From: an uncultured Dehalococcoidia bacterium
GTDB taxonomy: Bacteria > Chloroflexota > Dehalococcoidia > Lucifugimonadales > UBA1123
DNA length: 64,000 nucleotides
Assembly (NCBI GenBank): GCA_964640295.1
Contig: CAZXFX010000015.1
Coordinates: 32 to 64,031, forward strand
Reading direction: 5' to 3'
The translations under genes and the position numbers were made by a program. Below the pieces are notes generated by a model. It was given only the letters and a program-made list of their open reading frames with translations, did not search any database and was not told the DNA's origin. Each line of letters starts with the position of its first letter. The first letter of the stretch is position 1. Positions 32,902 to 41,388 of the stretch are shown here, piece after piece.

Positions 32902-34270
32902 GAGCGCGAATGGCGACGCGCGTCGTTCCGAGAACGGACCCGTCTATATAGAGCGGGAAGAGGCCGATTGCTCGATATGCGACGGACGGAGATGGCTCAC
33001 GATGAGCGTTCCCGTTGGCCATCCTGATTTTGGGAAGACCAAACCGTGCGAGTGCCAGGCTGAGACCACGGCGAGCGAAAGGATGGAGCGCCTTCGCCGT
33101 TACTCTAACTTGGGCGTTTTGACTCGGATGACGTTCGAGTCGGCTGACGCATCCGGAATGTTGGAAAACGAAGAAGCGAGCCAGATGTTCGCCGCGGCGT
33201 ATAAGGCGGCGGTCTCATACGCCGCAGAACCGAAGGGATGGATGGTTTTAACAGGCCCCAACGGGGCGGGCAAGACCCATCTAGCCGCCGCTATCGCCAA
33301 TTATTGCATCGAACGCGGGATGCCCGTGTTCTTCGTTCACGTGCCCGATCTTCTGGACGACCTGCGCTCCACATACGCTCCGCACAGCTTCATTTCCTAC
33401 TCGGAGTTGTTCGACCAAGTCAACGACGCTCCACTTCTGATACTGGACGGTCTTGGGGCGCAGAGCGCCACCCCTTGGGCGCAAGAGAAGCTTCAGCAGA
33501 TATTCAACCGAAGGTCGAATGCTCAACTACCGACCATAGTTACGACTTCAATGAGCGTGTCCGCGCTCGACCCTTACATTTCGAGCAGAATGACGAACCC
33601 TCGTCTGAGTCGAGTCTTAGAGTTGCCGGGGGGATCGGCTGAACAGCCATCCAGGGACTTGGGCAACATCCCCGAGGAGATGCTGCGGCGAATGACCTTC
33701 GACAGATTCGACATTAGGGGCAACAACGGGAGCGCGGCTCAGCAGACTAGCCTCCGAAACGCGCTCGAGTCGGCAAAAGGCTACGCGGAGGATCCGGACG
33801 GTTGGGGATGGCTCACGCTTTTTGGGGATACGGGCGTGGGGAAGACGCATCTCGCCGTGGCGATTGCGGCGGAGCGAAGGGCGCGCGGACAGCCGGCGTT
33901 CTTCGCGTTCGTGCCGGACCTGATGGACTATCTCAGGTCAACCTTCCGTCCGGACAGCGGCGTCGCCTACGACAGGGTGTTCGATCAGATCAGAAATGCG
34001 CCATTGCTGATCATTGACCATCTCAGCAGCGACCATCTGAGCGACTGGGCATACGAAAAGCTGTATCAGATAGTCGTTCATCGCCATAATTCGAGGATTC
34101 CCACCGTCATCACTAGTCCTATGGATATGGCGGATAGCTCTGGGCCAATCATATCGCGCACGCAGGATCAGTCTTCCGGCACGATAATACGGATGGACGC
34201 GCCCGACTACAGGGTGAATCGTCGGGACGGCAGCAGGCGCGGTATGCCCGAACGCCCACGGCGGCGGTGA
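32858..34270 (+). CDS. Tandem-duplicated DnaC/DnaI-like AAA+ helicase-loader protein with N-terminal Cys4 zinc module
   Basis: CSICDGRRW...KPCEC. Two loader modules: LTGPNGAGKTHLAAAIANYCIERGMPVFFVHVPDLLDDLRSTY...LLILDGLG and LFGDTGVGKTHLAVAIAAERRARGQPAFFAFVPDLMDYLRSTF...LLIIDHLS. The ATG at 32858 overlaps the end of the DnaD-like gene. Confidence 0.8.
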   Translation: MENLEDILKKLRDSRSANGDARRSENGPVYIEREEADCSICDGRRWLTMSVPVGHPDFGKTKPCECQAETTASERMERLRRYSNLGVLTRMTFESADASGMLENEEASQMFAAAYKAAVSYAAEPKGWMVLTGPNGAGKTHLAAAIANYCIERGMPVFFVHVPDLLDDLRSTYAPHSFISYSELFDQVNDAPLLILDGLGAQSATPWAQEKLQQIFNRRSNAQLPTIVTTSMSVSALDPYISSRMTNPRLSRVLELPGGSAEQPSRDLGNIPEEMLRRMTFDRFDIRGNNGSAAQQTSLRNALESAKGYAEDPDGWGWLTLFGDTGVGKTHLAVAIAAERRARGQPAFFAFVPDLMDYLRSTFRPDSGVAYDRVFDQIRNAPLLIIDHLSSDHLSDWAYEKLYQIVVHRHNSRIPTVITSPMDMADSSGPIISRTQDQSSGTIIRMDAPDYRVNRRDGSRRGMPERPRRR

Positions 34271-34632
34271 GAGAATTGGCGCGAGGACATTGTACATTCT
34301 GCGAAATCGTGGCCGGACGTCTTCCTTCCAGAAAAGTCCATGAAGAAGACGACATCCTCGTCTTTCGCAATCGCCTCGACTGGTTTCCCGTTCAGATAAT
34401 GCTGATTCCCAAGAAGCACATGACTCAGACGGAGCTGTGGAAGAGCGGCCCTCTTATGGCTGGAATTGGCGAACTTGCGGTGAAGCTTGGCGAAGAGATG
34501 TGTCCGAATGGATATAGAATCGTCTCCAACTTTGGGCGAGACGCGCTTCAGACACAGGCGCACGGACACGTTCATTTGATAGGCGGCTCAGATTTGGGAC
34601 TGTACGTCGGCGGCCTGCTTCCCTATTACTGA
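34267..34632 (+). CDS. HIT-family (histidine triad) protein
   Basis: CTFCEIV...HMLIPKKH... and triad HGHVHLIGG. The GTG start overlaps the upstream stop (GTGA). Confidence 0.85.
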   Translation: MRELARGHCTFCEIVAGRLPSRKVHEEDDILVFRNRLDWFPVQIMLIPKKHMTQTELWKSGPLMAGIGELAVKLGEEMCPNGYRIVSNFGRDALQTQAHGHVHLIGGSDLGLYVGGLLPYY

Positions 34633-34641
34633 CTGGCCGAA

Positions 34642-35235
34642 TCAAGCGAATCGCAGAATGCGCGCGAGCCTGATCATTGCAACGAGAATGGGCATGAGAG
34701 GTTCGCTGAGCTTGAATGCGATGTAGGTTGCGCCGGCGGCTATGACTATTCCGGCCAGGATGTCCGAGGGGTAGTGTACGCCGGCATATACTCGCGCCAA
34801 TCCGTACAGTCCGGCGACAGTGAGAGCGAACCATCCAATCTTTTTGTTGGCCCCCCAGACGCCGAACGCGATTCCGAATGCAGTCGCCGCGGAGTTGGCG
34901 GGAAACGACGAATCGGTCGGTCGGTAGAAGAGCAGGTTTACGTCGAGTTCCGCGAACGGGCGAGGCCTGAAGTAGAAGATGTTGATGATGAACACCGTTA
35001 GCCCTGATAGTCCCATCGAAGATAGGGAGACGAGAGTGCCGACCTGGCGTTTGAGGCGTATCCGCGCGTCTTGCTCACCGAACCACAATACTATCAGCGT
35101 GAAGGCGAGAGTCGCGGGCGCAAGATAGTCGCTTGCCGCCAAACGCGCCGCGCTGTCCATGATGGGCAGCGCGCCGACGAAGCCGTTTATCCAAAGAAAT
35201 AGCGTTTCGTCAGGGTTCGCCAATTGCCGCGCCAA
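34642..35235 (-). CDS. PAP2-family phosphatase (undecaprenyl-diphosphatase-like)
   Basis: Motifs YRPTDSSFPANSAATAFG and RVYAGVHYPSDILAG. Multi-TM. Confidence 0.85.
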   Translation of the reverse strand: MARQLANPDETLFLWINGFVGALPIMDSAARLAASDYLAPATLAFTLIVLWFGEQDARIRLKRQVGTLVSLSSMGLSGLTVFIINIFYFRPRPFAELDVNLLFYRPTDSSFPANSAATAFGIAFGVWGANKKIGWFALTVAGLYGLARVYAGVHYPSDILAGIVIAAGATYIAFKLSEPLMPILVAMIRLARILRFA

Positions 35236-35627
35236 TATGTGATGCTGCGCGCGAGGGCGATTGCGTAGTTGCAGTCTCGCAGGGCGCCGAGCCCGACATC
35301 CGGGTCAGCGTCCGCGTTCTTCATTCGACGATTCAGAAGCGAGGAGACGAGCAGCGTTATCGCAAGCGCGGATAGCGCGGATAGTGAGAAGAATAGGGCT
35401 TGGTCCGGAGCGTCCAGCCCCCCTTCATAGTCGTTGATGTTCCTGTTTTCAGTGCTGAAGAATAGCGCTAGTCCGGACAAGGCTATGAGGATTCCGATAG
35501 TTCTGGCGACGATAGCGGATTTGAGGAAGAGGAGTCCACTGAATCCGCCAAGTGAAAAGGCGAATTGCAGGATTCCGGTAGTGGATATGAACACGGCGAT
35601 ACAGTAGTCGGCTGTAAAGTTGATCAT
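35187..35627 (-). CDS. Hypothetical integral membrane protein
   Basis: 146 aa with about 4 hydrophobic helices. Overlaps the PAP2 gene start by 49 nt. Confidence 0.45.
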   Translation of the reverse strand: MINFTADYCIAVFISTTGILQFAFSLGGFSGLLFLKSAIVARTIGILIALSGLALFFSTENRNINDYEGGLDAPDQALFFSLSALSALAITLLVSSLLNRRMKNADADPDVGLGALRDCNYAIALARSITYWRGNWRTLTKRYFFG

Positions 35628-35675
35628 TTCCGGCGCGCCAGATTCGCGGACGCTCTGCGGGATGCGTGACCGCGT

Positions 35676-36602
35676 CTATTCCATGGGGATTTCGGTACAC
35701 CAATCTTTGTACTTGGGATTGGCGCCTCTAATTAGTCCTACGTAGTTATCGAGAAGATTCTGAGTGATGGGTCCCACTTCTCCATTTCCAATGGGTCGCC
35801 TGTCCAGGGAGCCGACGGGAGTGATATGGGCCGCGGTTCCAGTCAGGAAGACTTCGTCGGCGAGATAGAGTTCGCTGCGACGAATCTTGCGTTCGACGAC
35901 CTCTATTCCAAGCTCTTCGCGCGCCAGCGTTATGGCGGAGTCGCGGGTTATTCCGGTTAGATTGTTATCGGCGACCGGGGGCGTGAAAATACTGCCGTTG
36001 TTTACCATGAACAGGTTTTCGCCGGAGCCTTCGGACACGTCTCCGTCCTGAGTGAGCATTATAGCTTCGTCGAATCCTGATAAAGTGGCTTCGGTCTTGG
36101 CGAGAATCGAGTTTACGTAGTGTCCGCTTATCTTCACGCGGGGCGGTATTATTGTGTCGTCAATGCGGCGCCAGGATGAAGTCGTGCAGTGTATAGCGCC
36201 TTCCGCTTCAATGTAGTTGCCGAAGGGAACCGCGATGAGCGTGAAATCGCTGGATAACTCTTGCAACTTGAGATTCGCAACCAGCTCTTCGCTCTTGTAG
36301 GCGAGGGGGCGGATGTAAAGGTCTTGCTTATAGCCGCAACTTTGCAGAAGCTCTATCGTGATGTCGCAAAGCTGCTGAGTGTCATAAGGGATGTCCATTA
36401 GCATCATGCGACAGCCTTGGATCAGCCGGTTGTAGTGCTCGGCCATGCGGAAGACGTACAGTTTGCCGTCGTCTTCGTTCCAGTTTCCGCGTATTCCCTC
36501 GAACACGGCTGTTCCGTAGTGGAGGGCGTGCGTCATTACGCTTACGCGCGCGTCTTCGAGGGGGACTATATTTCCGCGGAAGAACGCAAGAGACTGGGGC
36601 AT
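35676..36602 (-). CDS. ilvE: Branched-chain amino acid aminotransferase
   Basis: VMTHALHYGTAVFEGIRG, PLAYKS, and ILAKTEA...GFDEAIMLTQDGDVSEGSGENLFMV. AGGGAG RBS before the ATG at 36602. Confidence 0.9.
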   Translation of the reverse strand: MPQSLAFFRGNIVPLEDARVSVMTHALHYGTAVFEGIRGNWNEDDGKLYVFRMAEHYNRLIQGCRMMLMDIPYDTQQLCDITIELLQSCGYKQDLYIRPLAYKSEELVANLKLQELSSDFTLIAVPFGNYIEAEGAIHCTTSSWRRIDDTIIPPRVKISGHYVNSILAKTEATLSGFDEAIMLTQDGDVSEGSGENLFMVNNGSIFTPPVADNNLTGITRDSAITLAREELGIEVVERKIRRSELYLADEVFLTGTAAHITPVGSLDRRPIGNGEVGPITQNLLDNYVGLIRGANPKYKDWCTEIPME

Positions 36603-36793
36603 TTTCTGAAACTCCCTATTATTTTGCGGCATATTATATCCAATGCCCGCCGAATTTCACAATGCTATGGCGCGCGTGGAAGAATGGTGAATGGTGAATT
36701 TAGAATAGCGGAGGCAGGTTTTTCCGCGCGGGTCTATGTTCGTCCAGCGCGGCGCCGACAAAACTGATGCAGGCTCCAGTTTGCGGTGGTTCA

Positions 36794-36822
36794 TTGAATT
36801 TGTACTATTTTTGGAATATAAT
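36794..36822 (+). promoter_or_regulatory. Sigma70-type promoter TTGAAT-N17-TATAAT upstream of the small zinc-ribbon gene
   Basis: -35 at 36794-36799 and -10 at 36817-36822. Would give a ~140-nt 5' leader containing an imperfect GC hairpin (CTGCGCGGCG...CGCGCCGCAG). Confidence 0.55.
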
Positions 36823-36962
36823 CAGCCCAGTCCTCAACCCCCGATATCAATCCTACCCACCTATTACTCCTGCGCGGCGCTCTCCTCGCGCCGCAGTGGT
36901 CACAGGCGTTGATTTAGTAGCCGAAGTCATTCACAGTCATAGTTCTTATGGGGGATTTTTAT

Positions 36963-37106
36963 ATGCAGGCTTACTGTCTGAAATGTCGGGCGCATCGTGA
37001 TGTATCCGCCGCTGAGCAGGTTACGCTCAAGAACGGTCGCCCCGCTACGCGCGGGAAGTGTTCAGTGTGCAGCGCGACCGTATTTAGAATCGGCAAGGCC
37101 GAGTGA
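36963..37106 (+). CDS. Small zinc-ribbon protein (DUF5679-like), 47 aa, absent from the supplied ORF track
   Basis: Translated by hand as MQAYCLKCRAHRDVSAAEQVTLKNGRPATRGKCSVCSATVFRIGKAE. Contains CxxC...CxxC and resembles the DUF5679 family. Confidence 0.7.
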   Translation: MQAYCLKCRAHRDVSAAEQVTLKNGRPATRGKCSVCSATVFRIGKAE

Positions 37107-37202
37107 TATTCATCTTATCGGTTTGGTAGAATAGTAGAGCAAGGGAGGGTCCATGGCCCTCCCTTGCTCTATCTGCGTTAGGATGAGTGTTTTGACGCCG
37201 CT

Positions 37203-38738
37203 TTGGAGATGCACGACTACATGAGATTGACTCGAAACCTTCTCGTAGCGCTTGCGCTCACCGCTCCCGCGCTTGCGGCGTCCCCCGTTTACGCGCACGC
37301 ATTTGGGCAGCGGTACGACCTCCCGATTCCGCTGAGCTACTTTCTCATCGCCGCCGCCGCTACGGTTGCGCTGTCGTTCGTAGTGATAGGGATGTTCGTT
37401 CAACGGGGCGGCGAGCGTTTCGCGTATCCACGCCTGAACCTGCTCGAAGTCCCTCTGGTTGGCGCGATTCTGTCAAGCGGCTTGGCGGCAGTCGTCGTCA
37501 GAGCGCTCTCGGCCCTCATATTCCTGCTTCTTCTGCTGACAGGCTTCCTGGGCGTCAATCGTCCCATAGACAACTTGTCCCCCACCTTCGTCTGGATAAT
37601 CTGGTGGGTAGGGATGGGATACGTGGTCGCGCTTTTGGGAAACGTGTGGATATTCGTCAATCCCTGGAAGATAACCTTCGAGTGGTTCCAGAAAATAACG
37701 GGAAAGTCTGGCGACGATGAGGACGCGCCTTTCCACTATCCCGAATCGCTTGACGTATGGCCCGCTTTACTGCTGTTCTTCCTATTTGCCTGGTCTGAGA
37801 ACGTCTTTACTGGCGCGTTCCGCCCATTCACGCTGTCCGTGATGATCGTTCTCTATTCGATCATCGCTTGGGTGGGTATGGCGATGTTTGGCAAGCATAC
37901 ATGGCTCAGGCGCGGGGAGGCATTCACGGTTCTATCCGGATTGTTCGCGCGATTCTCTCCCACTGAGGTTAGGATATTGGACCGGCGCGTATGCTCAGGG
38001 TGCGACTCGGACTGCTCGCTGGAGTCGGAGTGCGTTGATTGCTACGACTGCTATGAGCGCGCCGACTTGGGGAGCAAGGAGTTGAACCTGCGTCCCTTTG
38101 CGGTCGGATTGCTCGTCAAACAGCGCATTTCCGTTGCGATGGCCGCGTTCGCGATACTGACGCTCGCCACGGTCAGCTTCGACGGATTCCAGGATACCGA
38201 GGCCTGGGCGTCGTGGCGCGCCGATTTGCTTACTATTACCACGACGGACGTGGTGGATACACTGGGACTCGCGGCTGTTCCGCTCCTCTTTGCCTGCGTC
38301 TATGCGCTGTTCTGCTGGGGAATGAGCGTGATGTCCGGGGATCGAGGCGACTTCGGGTCGCTGGCGTCCGCGTATGTATTCTCGCTGGTTCCGATAGCGC
38401 TGGCGTATAACATCGCGCACTTCATAACGCTTCTGCTCATACAGGGGCAGTTGATAATTCCGCTTGTGTCCGACCCTTTCGGCTACGGGTGGGATATTTT
38501 CGGCGCCGCCGACTACAACGTAAACCTGAACATAATCAGCGCGAGAGCGGTATGGTTCATCAGCCTCGTCGCCATAACATTGGGGCACGTCATCTCTGTA
38601 TATCTGGCGCACGTTACCGCGCTGCGTCTTTCCGACCGCGCTCCCAACGCTCTTAAGGGCCAGATACCGATGCTGGCTCTCATGGTTCTCTATACGATGA
38701 GCAGCCTGTGGATAATTGGCCAGCCGATAGTGGATTGA
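37203..38738 (+). CDS. Polytopic membrane protein with signal peptide and a Cys-rich loop
   Basis: Signal LVALALTAPALAASPVYAHAFGQRYDLPIPL. More than 10 hydrophobic segments. Loop RRVCSGCDSDCSLESECVDCYDCYERA (8 Cys). No family recognised. Confidence 0.55.
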   Translation: MEMHDYMRLTRNLLVALALTAPALAASPVYAHAFGQRYDLPIPLSYFLIAAAATVALSFVVIGMFVQRGGERFAYPRLNLLEVPLVGAILSSGLAAVVVRALSALIFLLLLLTGFLGVNRPIDNLSPTFVWIIWWVGMGYVVALLGNVWIFVNPWKITFEWFQKITGKSGDDEDAPFHYPESLDVWPALLLFFLFAWSENVFTGAFRPFTLSVMIVLYSIIAWVGMAMFGKHTWLRRGEAFTVLSGLFARFSPTEVRILDRRVCSGCDSDCSLESECVDCYDCYERADLGSKELNLRPFAVGLLVKQRISVAMAAFAILTLATVSFDGFQDTEAWASWRADLLTITTTDVVDTLGLAAVPLLFACVYALFCWGMSVMSGDRGDFGSLASAYVFSLVPIALAYNIAHFITLLLIQGQLIIPLVSDPFGYGWDIFGAADYNVNLNIISARAVWFISLVAITLGHVISVYLAHVTALRLSDRAPNALKGQIPMLALMVLYTMSSLWIIGQPIVD

Positions 38739-38785
38739 TGACGCCGCGCGGGAGATATTTTCTCTAGCCTCTAATCGAGAAGGAT

Positions 38786-39235
38786 ATGTATATGTTTCGG
38801 ATACGAGAGCGAGTGACGGATGTAATGGTAGTGTCGCTCGTAAGCAGAATAGTCATATCTATCCTTGGCGGTTTTGCATTCGGTTTCGTGGGGTGGCTCA
38901 TCGCCTGGCTCATAATGCCGTATCTTGAGTTTACCGGGATCGCATTGCCGCTGGCGGGTCCGACTGTTTTGGGATTTGCCACCAGCGTCACGGCGGCGTC
39001 TATCTTCTGGGACGCGGGCGGCTCGCCCGCTCGAAAGACGGTCTATCTGGTTTCTGTGATTGGGGTGGCTATTGCCGCCTGCGCTATTACTTTTTTGATT
39101 GCCACGAACAGTTCGAGGTACATCTACATAACGCGCGGCGCCGTATTCCCGATGATTAACATCGGCACACTCGTTTCGACCATTATAGCTGCGGGCTACT
39201 ATCTTCACGGACAGTTATCTCAGATTGGCGAGTAG
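38786..39235 (+). CDS. Hypothetical 4-TM membrane protein
   Basis: 149 aa, strongly hydrophobic. Lies 47 nt after the preceding membrane protein gene. Confidence 0.45.
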   Translation: MYMFRIRERVTDVMVVSLVSRIVISILGGFAFGFVGWLIAWLIMPYLEFTGIALPLAGPTVLGFATSVTAASIFWDAGGSPARKTVYLVSVIGVAIAACAITFLIATNSSRYIYITRGAVFPMINIGTLVSTIIAAGYYLHGQLSQIGE

Positions 39236-39277
39236 CAATCCGCGCGCGGTTCAGCGAAATCATCCTGGCTGGCGCAT

Positions 39278-39295
39278 TTGGCTTACCCTTGTGAG
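39278..39295. repeat. Inverted short copy of the REP-like CTCACAAGGG core
   Basis: The reverse complement reads CTCACAAGGGTAAGCCAAA. Lies between convergent genes. Confidence 0.6.
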
Positions 39296-39313
39296 CCCGC
39301 TGGGCGGTGGCGG

Positions 39314-40261
39314 TTAGTCCACCTGCCTCAGCCTGGGGTCGAGCCTGTCTCTGAGCCAGTCTCCCAGGAAATTCAGGGACATGAGCGTGAGGAAGATGGC
39401 GCCGCCTGGCATTATGACCTGCCACCAGGCTGAGTCAATATAGTCTCGTCCCTCGGCGACTAATACGCCCCAAGCGGGCGTGGGGGGCGGAATGCCGGCG
39501 CCCAGGAAGCTGAGAGTCGCCTCTGTCAGAATAAGGCCGCCGACGTTCAGCGTGGCGATGACGACCGCGGAGTTGATGACACCCGGAAGTATGTGCTTGA
39601 ACATTATGCGGGCGGGGGACGCGCCCACCACCCTGGCGAGCGCGACGTAGTCCATCTCTTTCAGTATTAGCGTTTGCGCCCGCACCACGCGCACGAATCC
39701 TACCCATGCCAGCAGCGCGAGCATCACGAGCAGTAGCTGAAGGCTCTGACCGTAGAGAATAGTGGCGACCAGAACCACCATCAGGAACGGCAGCGCAAGC
39801 CATATATCCACGATTCGGGTTATGATTTCATCCCAGACGCCTCCCAGGTAGCCTGACAGGATCCCAATCGAAGTCCCCGCTATGAACCCGCTTAGCAGCG
39901 AAATGGCGGCTACCATTAGCGATATTCGAGCGCCGTACAGGATTCTGGTGAAAGTATCTCTGCCGGCGTGGTCGGTTCCGAGTATATGGAGTTGTCCGAT
40001 CTCGCCATTTGCCTCTGCCGTTGGCGATATCCAGCCCCGGCTCATGGGCGGAAGTTGTCGGTCTCTTACATTGCCTATGGCGTAGTCGTATGGCGTGAGC
40101 CAAGGAGCCAGTATTCCGGCCAGAACCAGAATTATGAGAATCGCCGTGGGTATCACCGGGTATCGGCGGACGAAGAACCAGGCCCTGCTTAAAGCGCCGA
40201 ATGCGCCGGCATTCTGCCTTAGAAGAAGATCCTCGGCCGATATAGCTGTGTCGGAAGCCAT
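39314..40261 (-). CDS. oppC: Peptide/nickel (Opp/Dpp-type) ABC transporter permease
   Basis: OppC-like N-terminus plus EAA loop MDYVALARVVGASPARIMFKHILPGV. Confidence 0.85.
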   Translation of the reverse strand: MASDTAISAEDLLLRQNAGAFGALSRAWFFVRRYPVIPTAILIILVLAGILAPWLTPYDYAIGNVRDRQLPPMSRGWISPTAEANGEIGQLHILGTDHAGRDTFTRILYGARISLMVAAISLLSGFIAGTSIGILSGYLGGVWDEIITRIVDIWLALPFLMVVLVATILYGQSLQLLLVMLALLAWVGFVRVVRAQTLILKEMDYVALARVVGASPARIMFKHILPGVINSAVVIATLNVGGLILTEATLSFLGAGIPPPTPAWGVLVAEGRDYIDSAWWQVIMPGGAIFLTLMSLNFLGDWLRDRLDPRLRQVD

Positions 40262-40276
40262 CTATGTCTGTCTCCG

Positions 40277-41215
40277 TTAAGAGTATCGAATGCGAGGGTC
40301 AATGAAAGCGTACAGAATGTCTGCCAGAAGCGCGAAGACTAGGTAGATCGCTATGAAGACGAACACTGTTCCCAGGAGCAGTGGCAGGTCGTTGTCGTAC
40401 ACCGCTCTGGAAAGCGCGATCCAGCCGATGCCGGGCCATGCGAAGATGGTTTCGACGACGAGCGCGCCGTTCAGGAAGCCTGCCATGAGAAGCAGCGCGG
40501 AAGTGAGGGGCGGAATGAGTGAGTTTCGCAGCGCGTGCTTCCAGATTATCTTCATATTGGACACGCCCTTGGCCCTGGCCAGTTTGACGAACTCAGAGTC
40601 CATGATTTCCAGCATGGATGACCGTGTGAGCCGCATGATTCCGGCGGCTGGCGCCCAGCCGAGCGTTATGCAGGGCAGGATGTAAAACTTGATGTCGAAG
40701 TCCACGGGGCGGGTTCCGACGGGGAGCCATTCGAACTGCACCGCGAATATCAGAATGAGAAGAATGCCGACGAAGAAACCGGGGAGCGCCTGTCCGAAGA
40801 GAGCGATCGCTCGTCCGAGATAGTCGAATACAGTGCCTCTCTTGACCGCCGCCAAAACGCCAATCGGCACCCCGAGCAGGATGGCGACGATCCAGCCTCC
40901 AATCGCAAGTTGAACGGTGGCGCCAATTTTTCCGCCGATTATGGTCGAGACTGGCTGCTGCATACTTAGAGATTCGCCGAAGTCGCCTCTCAGCATTCTT
41001 CCGAGCCACAGGAAATACTGCACTACGACGGGTTTGTCGAACCCGAGTTTATTTCCGAGTTCCTCCCACGCTTCGGGGGATATGCCGTAGCCTGAGTCTG
41101 GCACGAAAAGTTCTCTCGGGTCTTGGGCGACCCGGCTGAGGGTGAATATCACCACAGTTGCCCCTACTACCGAGATGAACATGAAGACTAAGCGTCTTGC
41201 GAAGAATTGCGCCAT
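40277..41215 (-). CDS. oppB: Peptide/nickel (Opp/Dpp-type) ABC transporter permease
   Basis: MAQFFARRLVFMFISVVGATVVIF... and EAA loop SEFVKLARAKGVSNMKIIWKHALRNSLIP. Confidence 0.85.
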   Translation of the reverse strand: MAQFFARRLVFMFISVVGATVVIFTLSRVAQDPRELFVPDSGYGISPEAWEELGNKLGFDKPVVVQYFLWLGRMLRGDFGESLSMQQPVSTIIGGKIGATVQLAIGGWIVAILLGVPIGVLAAVKRGTVFDYLGRAIALFGQALPGFFVGILLILIFAVQFEWLPVGTRPVDFDIKFYILPCITLGWAPAAGIMRLTRSSMLEIMDSEFVKLARAKGVSNMKIIWKHALRNSLIPPLTSALLLMAGFLNGALVVETIFAWPGIGWIALSRAVYDNDLPLLLGTVFVFIAIYLVFALLADILYAFIDPRIRYS

Positions 41216-41388
41216 TGGTTCTCTCTCAAATCGAATTTCTGGAAGTCGCCGACAGGATAGATATTCTTGATAATATCCGAGGCCCCGAATAAGCATTATC
41301 GCCATACAGGGCCTCGACGCGCGTGTCTCGTTTTACATTAGAAGGCGCGTCCCACCTCGACATGGAAGCGGGACGCGCGACGTTTTGG

